A stretch of 64,000 nucleotides of DNA from an uncultured Verrucomicrobiae bacterium (GTDB lineage Bacteria > Verrucomicrobiota > Verrucomicrobiia > Limisphaerales > JAFGQR01). The stretch lies in NCBI GenBank assembly GCA_963788655.1, contig CAWBHS010000055.1, forward strand, positions 34,727 through 98,726. The letters run 5' to 3'. The position numbers and the translations under genes are program-made. This document shows, piece by piece, positions 1 to 11,054 of the stretch. Position 1 is the stretch's first letter, and each line of letters begins with the position of its first letter. The notes below the pieces were generated by a model. It worked only from the letters and a program-made list of their open reading frames with translations, was not told the DNA's origin and made no database searches.

Positions 1-147
1 GAACTGGATCAGAAACAACCCGGAGAAAGTCCGGTTTGCTGCGGATGCGGTGGGGGCGAATCCAGCCGGTTGCGACAGCGGCGTGGTGTGGACGGTTTCA
101 TTGCGCAACCGTATGGGTTTGTCCTGCGCAATCGCCCCACCGACATA

Positions 148-176
148 TAAAAAAAGGCACCCTGCGACGGTGCCTG
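148..176 (-). terminator. Intrinsic terminator-like hairpin
   Basis: Minus strand reads AGGCACC-gtcgcag-GGTGCCT followed by a T-run. Confidence 0.5.
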
Positions 177-267
177 CCCAAAAGCCAATCCGACTCGTTT
201 TCACTGTGCCCAAACTTACCCGCGAAATGGACTTTCCACAAGGGAAACGGCGCGTGATATAAAAGAA

Positions 268-503
268 CGTGCTGCCGGCATCTTGCCGGCAAATACGATC
301 ACGGAGCTGCGCTCGACCTTTGTTTTGGATTCACTACGCCTTCTTCCGTTTGATCTACCGGCAGGATGCCGGCAGCACGCTCGAGCAACGTGCTGTCGGC
401 GTCCCGCCGGCAGAAACGGAAGCACGTGCGGGGTGGTAATTTCTGGAGGGCTCAAATTCGAACGGTCCGTTCCCAACTGCCGGCAGGATGCCGGCAGCAC
501 GCT
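268..503. repeat. REP-like palindrome cluster, family A (two inverted doublets)
   Basis: Four copies of GTGCTGCCGGCATCYTGCCGGCA or its reverse complement at ~268, 356, 388 and 476; a fifth copy at ~51274. Confidence 0.85.
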
Positions 504-510
504 CGATCAG

Positions 511-1188
511 CTAATAACCGAGAGGGCCGTAGCTGGGCAGCCGAAAGCCATACGCTGGGAAGGAACCGTAACGGTAGGGGCTCCATGATCCGTAGTTCGG
601 ATACAACCGCTGGTATGCCGAAGCCATTGCCCGGGGTTGCAGGTAGTAATACCGGAAATAATCGTAGCTCTCCGGATCCAATCCCCCGGACCGGGCCTGG
701 CGGGCTGCCAGGACGCTGGCGAGCGCTTCGTTCCGTTGCTGGGCGACCTGTGCCTGTTTTTGGGCGCCTTGATGCAGCATGGCGGTTACGATTTCGTCGG
801 CCACGTTGTGTTGTTTCAGCGCGATAATGTCCGCCTCGGTGAGCAGCCCGGCTGACGGCGTGCATTCGATGTACGTCTTGATGACTGCCGTGGAAACCTT
901 GGCGTCTGCCAGCTTAATGATCGACACGACCACCGGTGAAAGTTGTTCGGCGCCCGGTTGGTTCGAAGCGTCGTTCTGATTTGCTTGTGCTGGCGCCGCT
1001 TCAGGTTCGGAAGTGGCTTGCGGGTTGGTGGGGACGGCTGCTGGCTCAGCCACGGAACGTTCGGCGTTTCCCTCCTCCGCGCCGGTAACTACTCCACCCC
1101 AAAGCGCGGCGATGATCAGGACGCCGGCGAAATACCAAAGGCCGCGAACGCGAAATTGGCGATGCGATTTCAGATGTAACGTTTTCAT
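511..1188 (-). CDS. Hypothetical exported protein
   Basis: N-terminal hydrophobic segment, A/P/Q-rich linker, ADIIALKQHNVADEIVTAML helical motif, Y/G/P-rich C-terminus. Confidence 0.7.
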   Translation of the reverse strand: MKTLHLKSHRQFRVRGLWYFAGVLIIAALWGGVVTGAEEGNAERSVAEPAAVPTNPQATSEPEAAPAQANQNDASNQPGAEQLSPVVVSIIKLADAKVSTAVIKTYIECTPSAGLLTEADIIALKQHNVADEIVTAMLHQGAQKQAQVAQQRNEALASVLAARQARSGGLDPESYDYFRYYYLQPRAMASAYQRLYPNYGSWSPYRYGSFPAYGFRLPSYGPLGY

Positions 1189-1451
1189 AACCAAGTGCCG
1201 ACAGTTCAACGTTCAACCATGCGTAATGTTGTCCTTTAATTCCGCATTTGCAAGCGACGGTGCGTTGGCGCCAATGCCAGGCCCAAGCGTCCGCCCCACC
1301 CACCCGCCGCGTGGGGGCACGCGGGCTACAACGCCATCGAGTTGGCCGGCAGACCCGGTGCCCTCACCGGGCGCACGACGTATCAACAACTTCGATCACG
1401 ACTTCGGGCGGCGTCCCGCCGCTTGATCTGCCCGTTGCCTCATGGCCATGA

Positions 1452-4400
1452 CTATCCTTTGAATTTTCCCGCTTCGGTTTCGGTGGCTTTGCCCAGCGCC
1501 GCCAGCGTCTCCAGAATCTCGCCGATGCGCTCCTTGCTGGCGCGCTGGAATTGGGCGGACAACTCGGCGGCCGTGACCGGCGAACCGGCTTCCGCCAACG
1601 CCCGGCCGACGGCGTCCACTTGCGCGGACAGTGGCTTGGGCCAGGGCAGTTTCGCGACGGGTTTGGCGGGCGCGGCTTCGGCCACCGTTTCCGCGCTGGT
1701 CTCCAATTCCGTCTGGACGGCTTGCTCCGGCCGGCCGCGGCATTGGAACTCCGGGCGGAGCCAGCGGACGTGACCGCGTTTCTCCTCGGCGGCGCGTTCG
1801 TGGTTCAACGCGACCAGGCGCTCCAGGATGATCTCATCCCTATCTGCTCGGGTGGGGACCTGTTCCAGCGGGTCCGATGAATCATTTGAAGAAGTTTGGG
1901 ACGCGGTGGAACGCGTCCTTACCAGGTCGTCCCAGCCGTAGGCATGGAAGACGGCGGCATCGAGGTCGTCGTGGATTTGTTTGAGGACAGAGACGAGGCC
2001 GTGTTCGTGGATTTCTTTTTCTTTCGGAGTCAGGGACGGAGGGGGAACGGTGGGTGGGAGCACGGCTCCTTTCCCCTCACCCCGGCCCTCTCCCTGGGGG
2101 AGAGGGGGAATGGCACCCCGCGCGGCCGTTGCCGTGGCGGGCTCCGAGGATCGGGGAGCGTCCACGGCTGTTCCCTCTCCCTGGGGGAGAGGGTCAGGGT
2201 GAGGGGAGACGGGGGAGGACCGGTCGATGGCCCGCAGCTTTTCGAGGACGTTGTACATGCCGGTGAGGGTGAGGCCGGGATGCAACGCCTGCTGCCGCTT
2301 GCGATGCGCATCCAATTGCTCGCCCAATGACCGGATGCGCTCCCGTGTTGGCCCGTCAGGATCGGGGAAGGGGAAGGTTTCGAAGCAGCGAGAGTTGTTG
2401 TAACGAGGTCGATCTTCGAGCGTTCCTCCTTGCGCAAGTGCCCAGCAGATATGAACACGGCTTGAGAGCACCCCTAACCAGAACTGATCCTCAAGAGCTA
2501 TTGCAATCAACCCTTGGTCTGGCAAAACGGAACCCTCTAACTTCACGAACAACCGGAACTTTGCCGTCATTGGTGTTGCCACGTAACTTTTCAGACCTGT
2601 GAGTGCAGGCTCGCATAGTGTCACGCGTCTTGGCGAATAACCACCAACGATTCGCGTAGTCACCTGCATCCTTGGTTCTGCCAGCCTTTGCCAAACGTTC
2701 AGGTTTCACTGTTTCAGTGAGCCACTGGTAAATCTCAGGAAATTGTTCAAGAACCTGCTCCGCAGTCAGCCCAAAGAGATCAATTATAAGTTTCTTGCGC
2801 GGTCGATTTGTAATGTCTTTCCCGTTCAAAAAAGGTCGAATGCGGAGTTCAGCTCCGTGTATCCTGCCCAGGCCCAGGCGTTCGGCGTCTGATCGGTTGA
2901 CAACAAAACCACCTCCCATAAAGGTGACGCCACGAAAGCTTAGGCCAGCGTTGGAACGGAGAGTGACGGCATTCTGGCTGTATGCACCGATTGTAAGGTC
3001 AGGTGCGATTCTCCCCTTAGCCTCATGAAGCATCTCTGCGTCACCATGCCTCTGAGCGTGAGCGACTATTCTTGCTAAGAGCCCGTCAGTCTCATTCCGA
3101 CTGCAGACCGTCATTGCAATGTCCACAGCAGCGCCATCCGCCGAATCGACCCATGGATGATCAGGAATCGCGAAGACAATCGACAGCGGATTCTTGGCGT
3201 TCAGATGAGGCTCGATCACCCGACGGTTGAAAGTCTGCTTGATGCTGTTTGTTGTGATCAGGCCAAACTGCATGACCTTTCCCGCCCGGACCAGCTCAGC
3301 AGCTTTGTGCCACCAATACATTACGAAATCGCAAGATTCGGGCAGTTCTTTGTAGGTTTGTCGGATGGTTTCAGTATATCCGTCGCCCAGCGCCGCCCTC
3401 ATAAGTGAGGTTCCAATAAACGGCGGATTGCCCACCACATAATCCGCCTCCGGCCATTCTGCTTTGCGCGGATTGACGTAGTGCCAGAGCGGCACGCGGG
3501 CGGTTTCATCCGGCACGTCCTTGCCCGTCACCGGATGCGTCTTCATCGTCCGCCCATCCCAGACGGTGATGGGCCTCGTAGCAGCCGACGTGAGGAGGCT
3601 CTGACTATTGGTTGAAGGTGAAGGGTTGAGGGTTGAGGGTTCAGAAGTTTGAGCCTCGTTACCTCGGCTGCTACGGAGTTTTTCGCGTACTTCGTCCGGC
3701 AATCCAGGCAGGTCGGGGTTTTCGCGGGCCATGCCCCAGGTGATCATTTCCTTGCGGTCATAAGCGAGCACGGCGTCCTGCTTGCGAATGCTGTGTTCCT
3801 TCGAGATCACCGGATCGTCGGGCACGGCCTTGTCGCTGGTGCGGAAATGCCATTGCAGGTAACCGATCCACAGCACCAATTCGGCAATGGGCACCGCCCA
3901 CGGATTGATCTCCAGCCCGATGAACTGGTGCGGCCGGACCTTGAACTCGCGCATCTCGGTCTCCAGTTGCGGGTCGCCCAGTTCGGTGAGCAGTTCGAGC
4001 GCCTCGCCTTCGAGCCGTTTCATGTGCTCCATCGTCACGTAGAGGAAGTTGCCGGAGCCGCAGGCCGGATCAAGCACGCGGAGCCGGCAGAGCGAGTGAT
4101 GGAACCGGCGGACTTCCTCGATGGCGTCGCCGCGCCGGCCGGAGGACTCCTTCTTCAGCTTGGCCACCTTCGCGCCGTGGGTCCGGGCGGCTTTGGCGTC
4201 GCCGGTCTTCACAATGGCGGCGGATTCGGTGTCCAGTTCCGCGGTCTCGGCTTCGGCAGCGTCGGCATCGGCGGTGAGTTTGGCGGCGGCGGTCTTCACC
4301 GTTTCCCATTCCGCGCGCAAGGGATCGATGATCGTTGGGAACACCAGCCGTTCGACGTAGGCGCGCGGGGTGTAATGGGCGCCGAGCTTGTGGCGTTCCC

Positions 4401-5523
4401 GCGGCGAGAGGGCGCGCTCGAGCAGCGTGCCGAAGATGGCGGGTTCCACGTCCCGCCAGTCGGCTCGGGCGGCTTCGATGAGCAATTCGAGTTGCTCCGC
4501 GGTCACCGGCAGGGCGGTGGCGCTTTCGAACAAGCCGCCGTTGAAATGAAGGACCTTCTCGCGGATGACGGTCGAGAACTCGGCGCCGTTGGCCATGTCG
4601 CGCCACAGGGATTCCACCATCACCGTGAACCCGCGGAGGTTGTTTCGCAGGGATTCGAGCAGCGCCTTGAAGGAGTTGTTCGGCAGCAGGCGGACGTCCT
4701 CGGCGAACATGGTGAAGATGCAGCGCATCAGGAAGTCGGCGACCATCTGCGGATCGTGGCCGGCTTGCTCGAAGGAACGGGCGAGCCGCGCGAGGTGATC
4801 GGCAATCTCGCGGGTGACCTTCGCGCTGCGCCGGGCGGGGTCGAGCGCGAATGGGTCGGTCCAGATCGCGTGCAACACCGCGCGTTTGAGCTCGTCGCGC
4901 AGGTCGGCGAGGTAGATGCGGTGGGCTTTGGGATTGGGAAAGCGGACGTAGGTGCCGCCGGTGCAGGTGAACTCGGCGAACAATTCAATCGAATACCCGA
5001 CATCGACAATGAGCAGGAACGGCGGGCGGCCTTCGCTGGCGGGCAGGGCGCGGGCGTATTGCTCGGCCTGGTTGCGGGCCTTTTCCATCGCCGTGTCCCA
5101 GGCGCCGGAACCGCGGATGCCGTGGCCGCGTCTGACGGATTGCCCCCGCCCTCCCGCTGCGGGCGAGGGAGCCGGAAGGGCAGGGGAGGGAACTGCCGGT
5201 TGACCGCCCGGCGCCGAGGCAGCTTCCACGCCTTGCTTGGTTTCGCAGATAAAGCAGCCGCGTTTGTAAAGATCGATGAAGTTGGTGGTGACCGAACCGT
5301 CGGCTTCCGGGCGCGGAATGCTGCGGTCAAAAACGTAGGCGTTCTTGGTGTCGTCGGGAACCGCGGGATCGGGTTTGGGGACGCCCAGCACGGCGCACAA
5401 TTCGGCCAGGAACAATTGGTAGTTGGACCGCTCACCGCCGCCTGAAGGCGACCAGCGCGCGATGAAGTCCTCAATGTCCCGGCTCACCTCGGAACTGAGC
5501 GACAGCTTGGATTCAATGGCCAT
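1452..5523 (-). CDS. MmeI-like type IIL/IIG restriction-modification enzyme (N6-adenine MTase with nuclease and TRD); one frameshift near 2607
   Basis: [13 protein letters not shown] and [17 protein letters not shown] nuclease N-terminus; [19 protein letters not shown] (motif I), VGNPPFIG (motif IV); C-terminus ([30 protein letters not shown]) continues in ORF 1452..2669. Confidence 0.9.
1851..1923. repeat. REP-like doublet (GGACGCGGTGGAACGCGTCCTTACC family) in frame within the RM gene
   Basis: Imperfect inverted arms 1851-1875 and 1899-1923. Confidence 0.7.
2072..2207. repeat. REP-like doublet (CCCTCACCCCGGCCCTCTCCC family) in frame within the RM gene
   Basis: Inverted arms 2072-2107 and 2173-2207; same family at ~17655 and 26881-27055. 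Confidence 0.85.
3577..3675. repeat. REP-like doublet (GTAGCAGCCGACGTGAGGAGGC family) enclosing 7-mer repeats, in frame within the RM gene
   Basis: Arms CGTAGCAGCCGACGTGAGGAGGCT and AGCCTCGTTACCTCGGCTGCTACG around iterated GGGTTGA. Confidence 0.8.
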
Positions 5524-5740
5524 TTCTGGACGGCAACCGTAATGATGCTCGATCTGAAGTTCAAGTGTGTTCAGTAGCGGGTGGGGCGCGCAGTCCTCGG
5601 CGCGCCGCGAATGTCGCAAACCGGGCCCAGGAAATATGCCGGCGCGCACGGCGTGTCGCGCCCTACTTTCCGCCGGCCCAACGGTTCAACCTAAACCGTA
5701 TCAATTCAGTGGCTGGTGCGGCGAGGAGGCAGTTCGGCGT

Positions 5741-5873
5741 GGTAGGACAGGCGTCTCGCCTGTCTCGAATAGCCCAAGGCATCCTCACCGTTTGGCGCCA
5801 TAGAAAGACTCACGGCGCCATGATACAAGTTGTTGGTTTGCACTCGTTCGGGACAGGCGGGACGCCTGTCCTA
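5741..5873. repeat. REP-like doublet (GTAGGACAGGCGTCTCGCCTGTC family)
   Basis: Inverted arms at ~5741-5764 and ~5851-5873, intergenic. Confidence 0.85.
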
Positions 5874-6051
5874 CTGAATCGTCACGGCTAAACGGTGCAG
5901 TTTAACCGCACAGAGATTAGCGCGGCTTTGCCGCGCTAAGGATTAGAGTTAAATCATATCGGCGAGAAGAAGCACTTCGCGAGTTTTTGCTTTTGCCGGA
6001 TGATGATATTCGAGTTGTCCCCGAAGCTGATTAAGGACATGCTGAGGACAT

Positions 6052-6177
6052 GCCTAACCAACCGACTCACCGAACCGCCGCCCCGCGCTGTGAGTTCACG
6101 CGGGCTGGGAGAATGGCCCCTCCTATTGGCTGCCGACGGGCGTTGCCTGGCGGCTGTCGGTGGCCTTGGCGTTAAGA
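6052..6177 (+). mobile_element. Integron attC-like site (orphan)
   Basis: Inverse core GCCTAAC (6052-6058), core GTTAAGA (6171-6177), internal complementarity CACCGAACCGCCGCC / GGCGGCTGTCGGTG, ATG of a short ORF 8 nt after the core site. Confidence 0.7.
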
Positions 6178-6184
6178 ATGTAAA

Positions 6185-6475
6185 ATGAGCGTTTATATCC
6201 ATTACGAGGACATCCCACGGCCGGAGCGGAAGCAACTTTCGAAAGAAGAGTTTCGGAAGGACAGAGCGACACGACTTTGGAGTGCGCTTTCCGTTGGTAT
6301 CAGTTTTGCTCTTGGTTTTGAAGTGAGCAGCAACTCCTTTCCTGACAAATCCGATTGGCCCGGGAGACTCATCTACTTTGTTCTGTTCTGCGTTGGCTTG
6401 TCAGCCCTGTTTCATGAAGCCATTGTCAAACCGCGAATCATCAGGCTGGTGGAGAAAAGAAAGAACTCGTCTTGA
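6185..6475 (+). CDS. Small hypothetical membrane protein, probable gene cassette
   Basis: 96 aa, two hydrophobic segments, lower GC, directly follows attC. Confidence 0.65.
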   Translation: MSVYIHYEDIPRPERKQLSKEEFRKDRATRLWSALSVGISFALGFEVSSNSFPDKSDWPGRLIYFVLFCVGLSALFHEAIVKPRIIRLVEKRKNSS

Positions 6476-7871
6476 TCACCGGCAGGCTGGCGGCGGCCAT
6501 GGCCTGACCGTGACGTTTTTCTTTTTCATCCGGAGTGTGCAACGCGATCGCCTCCGCCAGTTCCGGAAATTCCTCGCGCAACACCTGGCGCGCGTGGTCG
6601 AGAATAATCTCGCCGCCTTTGCCACTGGTTACGCGGCCCAGCACCAGCAGGTGTTTCAAGTCATAAAACTCCGCGTAATGCGCAATGGAATATCCCAGGT
6701 AGATGCCAATGGTTTGGTAGATTTTCGCCGCCCGGTCGTCGCCTTGGGCCATGTGATTTTGCACGGCCACCAGCTTTTGCGGCAACGGCAGACTGGCATC
6801 GATTTCCAGTCCAGAAATCGGGATCAACCGCCCCACGCATTGTTGAGAAAAATACTGTGCGCCACAGCCCCGGTCACCGGACCATTCGTCCACTGGCGCG
6901 TTGGGCTGATAGTCCACCGGCGCAAAGGCCAGCTCATTCAGCCACGACGTGATGTTGCCTTCGCGCGTCACGTAACCGGCCGCCTCACTGGAGCCCATGG
7001 CCACGCCCAACACCGCGGTGTCGTTTAACGACATGGCTCCGGCCAGCGCGGTGACTTCGCCGTCGTTGACCACTTCCAGCGGCACGTCGTTCCACGCTTG
7101 CTTGATCATGAAAAACAACGGTTTCACGAAGCGATTGAAGGCTTCCTCCGGGACGCCGCGAAACAGCGAAGCAACTTTGACATAGTTATTCACATACACG
7201 CCCGCCGAACTACCGCCAATGGCGTCCACCCGCGGCAAATGCGCCGCCGCCTTCTTGAGCGAATCCATGATCTCGTCGAAGTGCCGTTGCGGATCGGTAA
7301 ATGATTTGGGATCCCACACCGTTTCATCGCTGAAGACCACGTTGCCGTCCTGCACCGCAGCCACTTTGCGATCGCTGGCGCCGAGGTCAAAGCCAATCCG
7401 GCAACCGTCCCAATGGCGTCCCAGGGCTGTGCTGCTCTCCCGTTCCGGCGGCACATGCTCGGGCGGGCAGAGCACGACCTCGAAGGTCTTCTCGTACACT
7501 TTGCCGCCCAGCAACGCGGCATCAAATTTTCCGGTTGCGCGCTCTTGGAAATGGCGCTGCAACTGCCGGCCCAATTCCACGGGGCCGGCGAAATGAATTC
7601 GGTAACCGCCGCGTGACCACAGCAGGAACTTGAGGATACGTTCGAGGTAGGTGAAATTGCCCGCTGCCGGCGCCGAGTTGGGAGCCGCCACTTGCGTATC
7701 AAAACGGGAAACTGATCCATCGCCGCGCTCCAGCGCCAAGTGAACCGGCGTGGCGGCTGAGCCCAGACTTTCGCGAAAGTTGCGGTTGGCCAGCACGGCG
7801 GGCCGGAACGAATCATCGAGCGCCGGCGTGAGGCGGGGCGCCGTTAAAAGTAATCCATTATTGGTGTCCAT
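6441..7871 (-). CDS. ROK family protein (sugar kinase/regulator)
   Basis: IGFDLGASDRKV, VVNDGEVTALAG, GSSEAAGYV, LNELAFAPVD motifs; start taken at MDTNN. Confidence 0.85.
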   Translation of the reverse strand: MDTNNGLLLTAPRLTPALDDSFRPAVLANRNFRESLGSAATPVHLALERGDGSVSRFDTQVAAPNSAPAAGNFTYLERILKFLLWSRGGYRIHFAGPVELGRQLQRHFQERATGKFDAALLGGKVYEKTFEVVLCPPEHVPPERESSTALGRHWDGCRIGFDLGASDRKVAAVQDGNVVFSDETVWDPKSFTDPQRHFDEIMDSLKKAAAHLPRVDAIGGSSAGVYVNNYVKVASLFRGVPEEAFNRFVKPLFFMIKQAWNDVPLEVVNDGEVTALAGAMSLNDTAVLGVAMGSSEAAGYVTREGNITSWLNELAFAPVDYQPNAPVDEWSGDRGCGAQYFSQQCVGRLIPISGLEIDASLPLPQKLVAVQNHMAQGDDRAAKIYQTIGIYLGYSIAHYAEFYDLKHLLVLGRVTSGKGGEIILDHARQVLREEFPELAEAIALHTPDEKEKRHGQAMAAASLPVIKTSSFFSPPA

Positions 7872-8031
7872 TGAATTCACGTGTTGTCTTCGGAATGTGA
7901 ATGAGCCTACCAGCCCGGTGGGATTCGTCCCAAGCGAATTCTTGCTTCGCGCTTGAAGTGGTTCCCAGCTCGGCCTAGCCTTTTCGAATGTTGAAACACT
8001 GCGAAGCGTCTTCATTTGCAGAACTACGATT

Positions 8032-9099
8032 ATGAAGCATTCTCTTACTGTCCGAGCCTCCTTGAGTCTCACTGTCCTCTTGGCCATGGCCGCAATCGTC
8101 TCCGGCCAAATCCCGTTCCAAGAACGCCTGCAAAAACTCCCGTTCAAGATCGCTTACGAAAGTTACGTGGACGGCAACTGGGACATCTTCGTGATGAACG
8201 CCGACGGTTCTCATCCGGTCAACCTCACGCACACGCCAAAAGTCCACGAGTTGTATCCGCAGGTTTCGCCGGATGGCTCGAAGATTTGCTTTGTGGTCGA
8301 TAAAGGCGAAGGCCGGGACACGGTCCGCAGTGTTTATTACATGGACATCGACGGCCGGCATCGGCACCAGGTGGCCGATCATGCGCGCCAGCCGTTTTGG
8401 CGGCATGACGGCAAGCTCATTGGGTTTCTGCCGCAGGAATATCCCAAGTTCAACGTCGTGGATTATTACACCCACGGCATCAGTTTCTACGACCTGGCCA
8501 CGGGCAAAATCGAGCCGCACGTCAACAACGCCAACTTGCACCATTTGTACAATCCCAACTTTTCGCCGGACGGAAAATGGATTGTGGCCACCGTTCACGC
8601 CGGTATGGGCATCGACCATGGCATCCTGCTCATCGAGGCGCATGGCACCAACATTTTCAACCTGCACATCCCCGGCTGTCGGCCTTGCCTCAGTCCGGAC
8701 GGCAAACAAATTGCCTGGGGACCGGGCGATCACGAAATCGCGGCGGCGCCCATCAACCTCAGTTCCGCGCACCCGTCCGTCGGCCCAAGGCGGGTGCGGA
8801 TCAAAGATGAAAAGAACAAGATTTATCATGTCGATTGGTCGCCGGACAGCCGCTTCCTGAGCATCAGCCGCGGGCCGGACGGGAAGGGTGATCCCAACAA
8901 ACCGGGCACCTATTCGGCCGCCTGTGAAATCGTCGGGGTCTATGCGCCTGGCTGGAATATCTGCGCCGTTTCGGCGGAGCGGGATGGTGTGCTGGATCTC
9001 AACCAAGCAACTGACGCGGACTTCACGATGCTGACAAGCGATGGCCATTGCGACAAAGAATCCGCGTGGTTCCGCGCGAAGCCCAAGGCGAAGGAATAA
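8032..9099 (+). CDS. TolB-like beta-propeller (PD40 repeat) exported protein
   Basis: Signal peptide; repeated P-x-(V/F/W)SPDG motifs. Confidence 0.85.
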   Translation: MKHSLTVRASLSLTVLLAMAAIVSGQIPFQERLQKLPFKIAYESYVDGNWDIFVMNADGSHPVNLTHTPKVHELYPQVSPDGSKICFVVDKGEGRDTVRSVYYMDIDGRHRHQVADHARQPFWRHDGKLIGFLPQEYPKFNVVDYYTHGISFYDLATGKIEPHVNNANLHHLYNPNFSPDGKWIVATVHAGMGIDHGILLIEAHGTNIFNLHIPGCRPCLSPDGKQIAWGPGDHEIAAAPINLSSAHPSVGPRRVRIKDEKNKIYHVDWSPDSRFLSISRGPDGKGDPNKPGTYSAACEIVGVYAPGWNICAVSAERDGVLDLNQATDADFTMLTSDGHCDKESAWFRAKPKAKE

Positions 9100-9105
9100 G
9101 TTGCG

Positions 9106-10027
9106 ATGAGCAAGTTTGGTTGTTTGACGGCACTGGCGGCATTGGCCTGGTTAACCGCCTGCGGAAAGGTTGGATCGAATTCCCCAACCGGCACTTCCGA
9201 CCAATCGGGAAGTGGTTTCTCAAGCCCAGCACCCGTAATCTCCCAAGTCCGGCGTCGCAATGGTGTATCTGCCCGGCGGCGACTTCAGGATGGGCAGCGA
9301 CCATGGCAATGCGGATGAAGCGCCGGCCCACCAGGTCCAAATCAGCGCGTTCCTGATGGATCAGTTTGAGGTGACGCACGAGCAATTCGTGAAGGCGCAA
9401 CTGCCGAATCCTTCCCATTGGCAGGACAGCCCCAGGAAGCCCGTCGAACGGGTGCGATGGCAGGACGCCAAACGCTACTGCAACGAGCGTTCGCTGCTCG
9501 AAGGATTGAAACCGTGTTACGACGAAAAGACCGCCGACTGGGACTGCGACTATGGCGCGAACGGTTACCGGCTGCCCACCGAAGCGGAATGGGAATACGC
9601 CTGCCGCGCCGGGACCACGGGTGATTATGACTTCGGGACGCCGGACAAGCTTCGCCAGTACGCCTGGTTTGCCGACAACTCCGACGCCAAAACGCACGCG
9701 GTCGGACAGAAGAAACCGAACCGCTGGGGCATTTATGATCTGTATGGCAACGTCTCCGAATGGTGCGAGGACGTTTATGACCCGCACTATTACGAGCACA
9801 GTCTGACGACTGATCCCCACGGGCCGCCGGATCCCGGCAAGGACGTAAAACGCGTCATGCGCGGCGGCAACTGGAAAACCAGCGCCAACGCCTGCCGCGC
9901 CAGTTTCCGCCAGGGCCAGCGAACCGGGGATACGGACGCGTGCTTCTACACGGACTACTGCGGCTTCCGTTGCGTGCGGCGAGTAACGGCGGAAGAATTG
10001 CAGGCACTGCGAACGAATCCGAAATGA
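9106..10027 (+). CDS. FGE/SUMF1-fold lipoprotein (frameshift near 9243)
   Basis: Lipobox LTAC in ORF 9106; F-x-[29 protein letters not shown] in ORF 9260. Confidence 0.85.
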
Positions 10028-10893
10028 ATGCTGCAACAACCCTGTTTCTGGCAACGTTGTTGACATTCACGTACAACGCTGTGAGCGCAGCGCCGCGAAC
10101 CGGGCAAATCGTTTTCTCCAGCAACCGCTCCGGCGCCTGGCGCCTCTGGACGATCAACGCGGATGGTTCGGCGCTGAAACAAATCACCCAGCAGGATTCC
10201 GACGAGCATGACGTTGATCCGGTTTTCAGTCCCGACGGCAAGTCCATCCTTTTTACTTCCACGCGCGGCGGCAAAACCGGAATTTTGCGAATGCCAATCG
10301 ACAGTTCAAAATCCGAACGGATTTGCGATGGGGATCAAGCCGAGTGGTCACCGGACGGAACCAGGATTGCGCTGCGCCGCAATGAACGCATCTTCACGCG
10401 CGAGCTCGCCACCGGTCAGGAAAAGGCGATCAGCCCCGAAGATTGGCCGCATTGCTCTGGCCCGGCGTGGAGTCCCGACGGCAAGACCATCGCGTTTGCG
10501 GCACGGTGGGAGAGCGGCAACGCGATCTATGTGGTGCCGGTGGTCGGCGGCAAGCCGGTCAAAGTGTATGACCAACAAGGTGCCTGCGAACCGCATTGGT
10601 CGCCGGATGGCTCCCGGCTTGTTTACGAAACCGAAACCCATATTTGCACGATCAATTCCGACGGCACGAAGAACCAGTTGGTCACTTATTTCGGCGGCGT
10701 TCAACGTTACGCCCGCTTCAGTCCTGACGGCAAACTGCTGGTGTTTTGCCAGGGCGTCTCCGAACAAGGGCCGTGGGAACTGTACGTCATTCCCGCGACT
10801 GGCGGCTCGCCACAGAAGCTGACCGAGGGCGGTTCGGACATGTATCCGGATTGGCGGGCGGCGGCATCTGGTCAAGCCGGCGTTCCGAAATGA
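10024..10893 (+). CDS. TolB-like beta-propeller exported protein
   Basis: Signal peptide, IVFSSNRSG, multiple WSPDG/FSPDG repeats; ATGA overlap with upstream gene. Confidence 0.85.
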   Translation: MNAATTLFLATLLTFTYNAVSAAPRTGQIVFSSNRSGAWRLWTINADGSALKQITQQDSDEHDVDPVFSPDGKSILFTSTRGGKTGILRMPIDSSKSERICDGDQAEWSPDGTRIALRRNERIFTRELATGQEKAISPEDWPHCSGPAWSPDGKTIAFAARWESGNAIYVVPVVGGKPVKVYDQQGACEPHWSPDGSRLVYETETHICTINSDGTKNQLVTYFGGVQRYARFSPDGKLLVFCQGVSEQGPWELYVIPATGGSPQKLTEGGSDMYPDWRAAASGQAGVPK

Positions 10894-11054
10894 CGAACGA
10901 GCCGACAAAAATGTCGGCGCTTCTTTGGATGGGATCGCACTGGCCCCCGGGTCGCCAGCGCCGAACTGGACAAATGAAACCGCCGGCATACAATGTCCCC
11001 GCTTCCATGAAGAATTCGGTTCGAACAATGCGGTAAGAAACCTTTGTTGTAATT

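Noticed and set aside
268..503. CRISPR array
   Set aside because: Repeats alternate in orientation with irregular spacing and no cas genes are present; they are REP-like.
2580..2640. Phase variation or a split of the RM gene
   Set aside because: No homopolymer or simple repeat tract at the shift; consistent with the window-wide indel noise.
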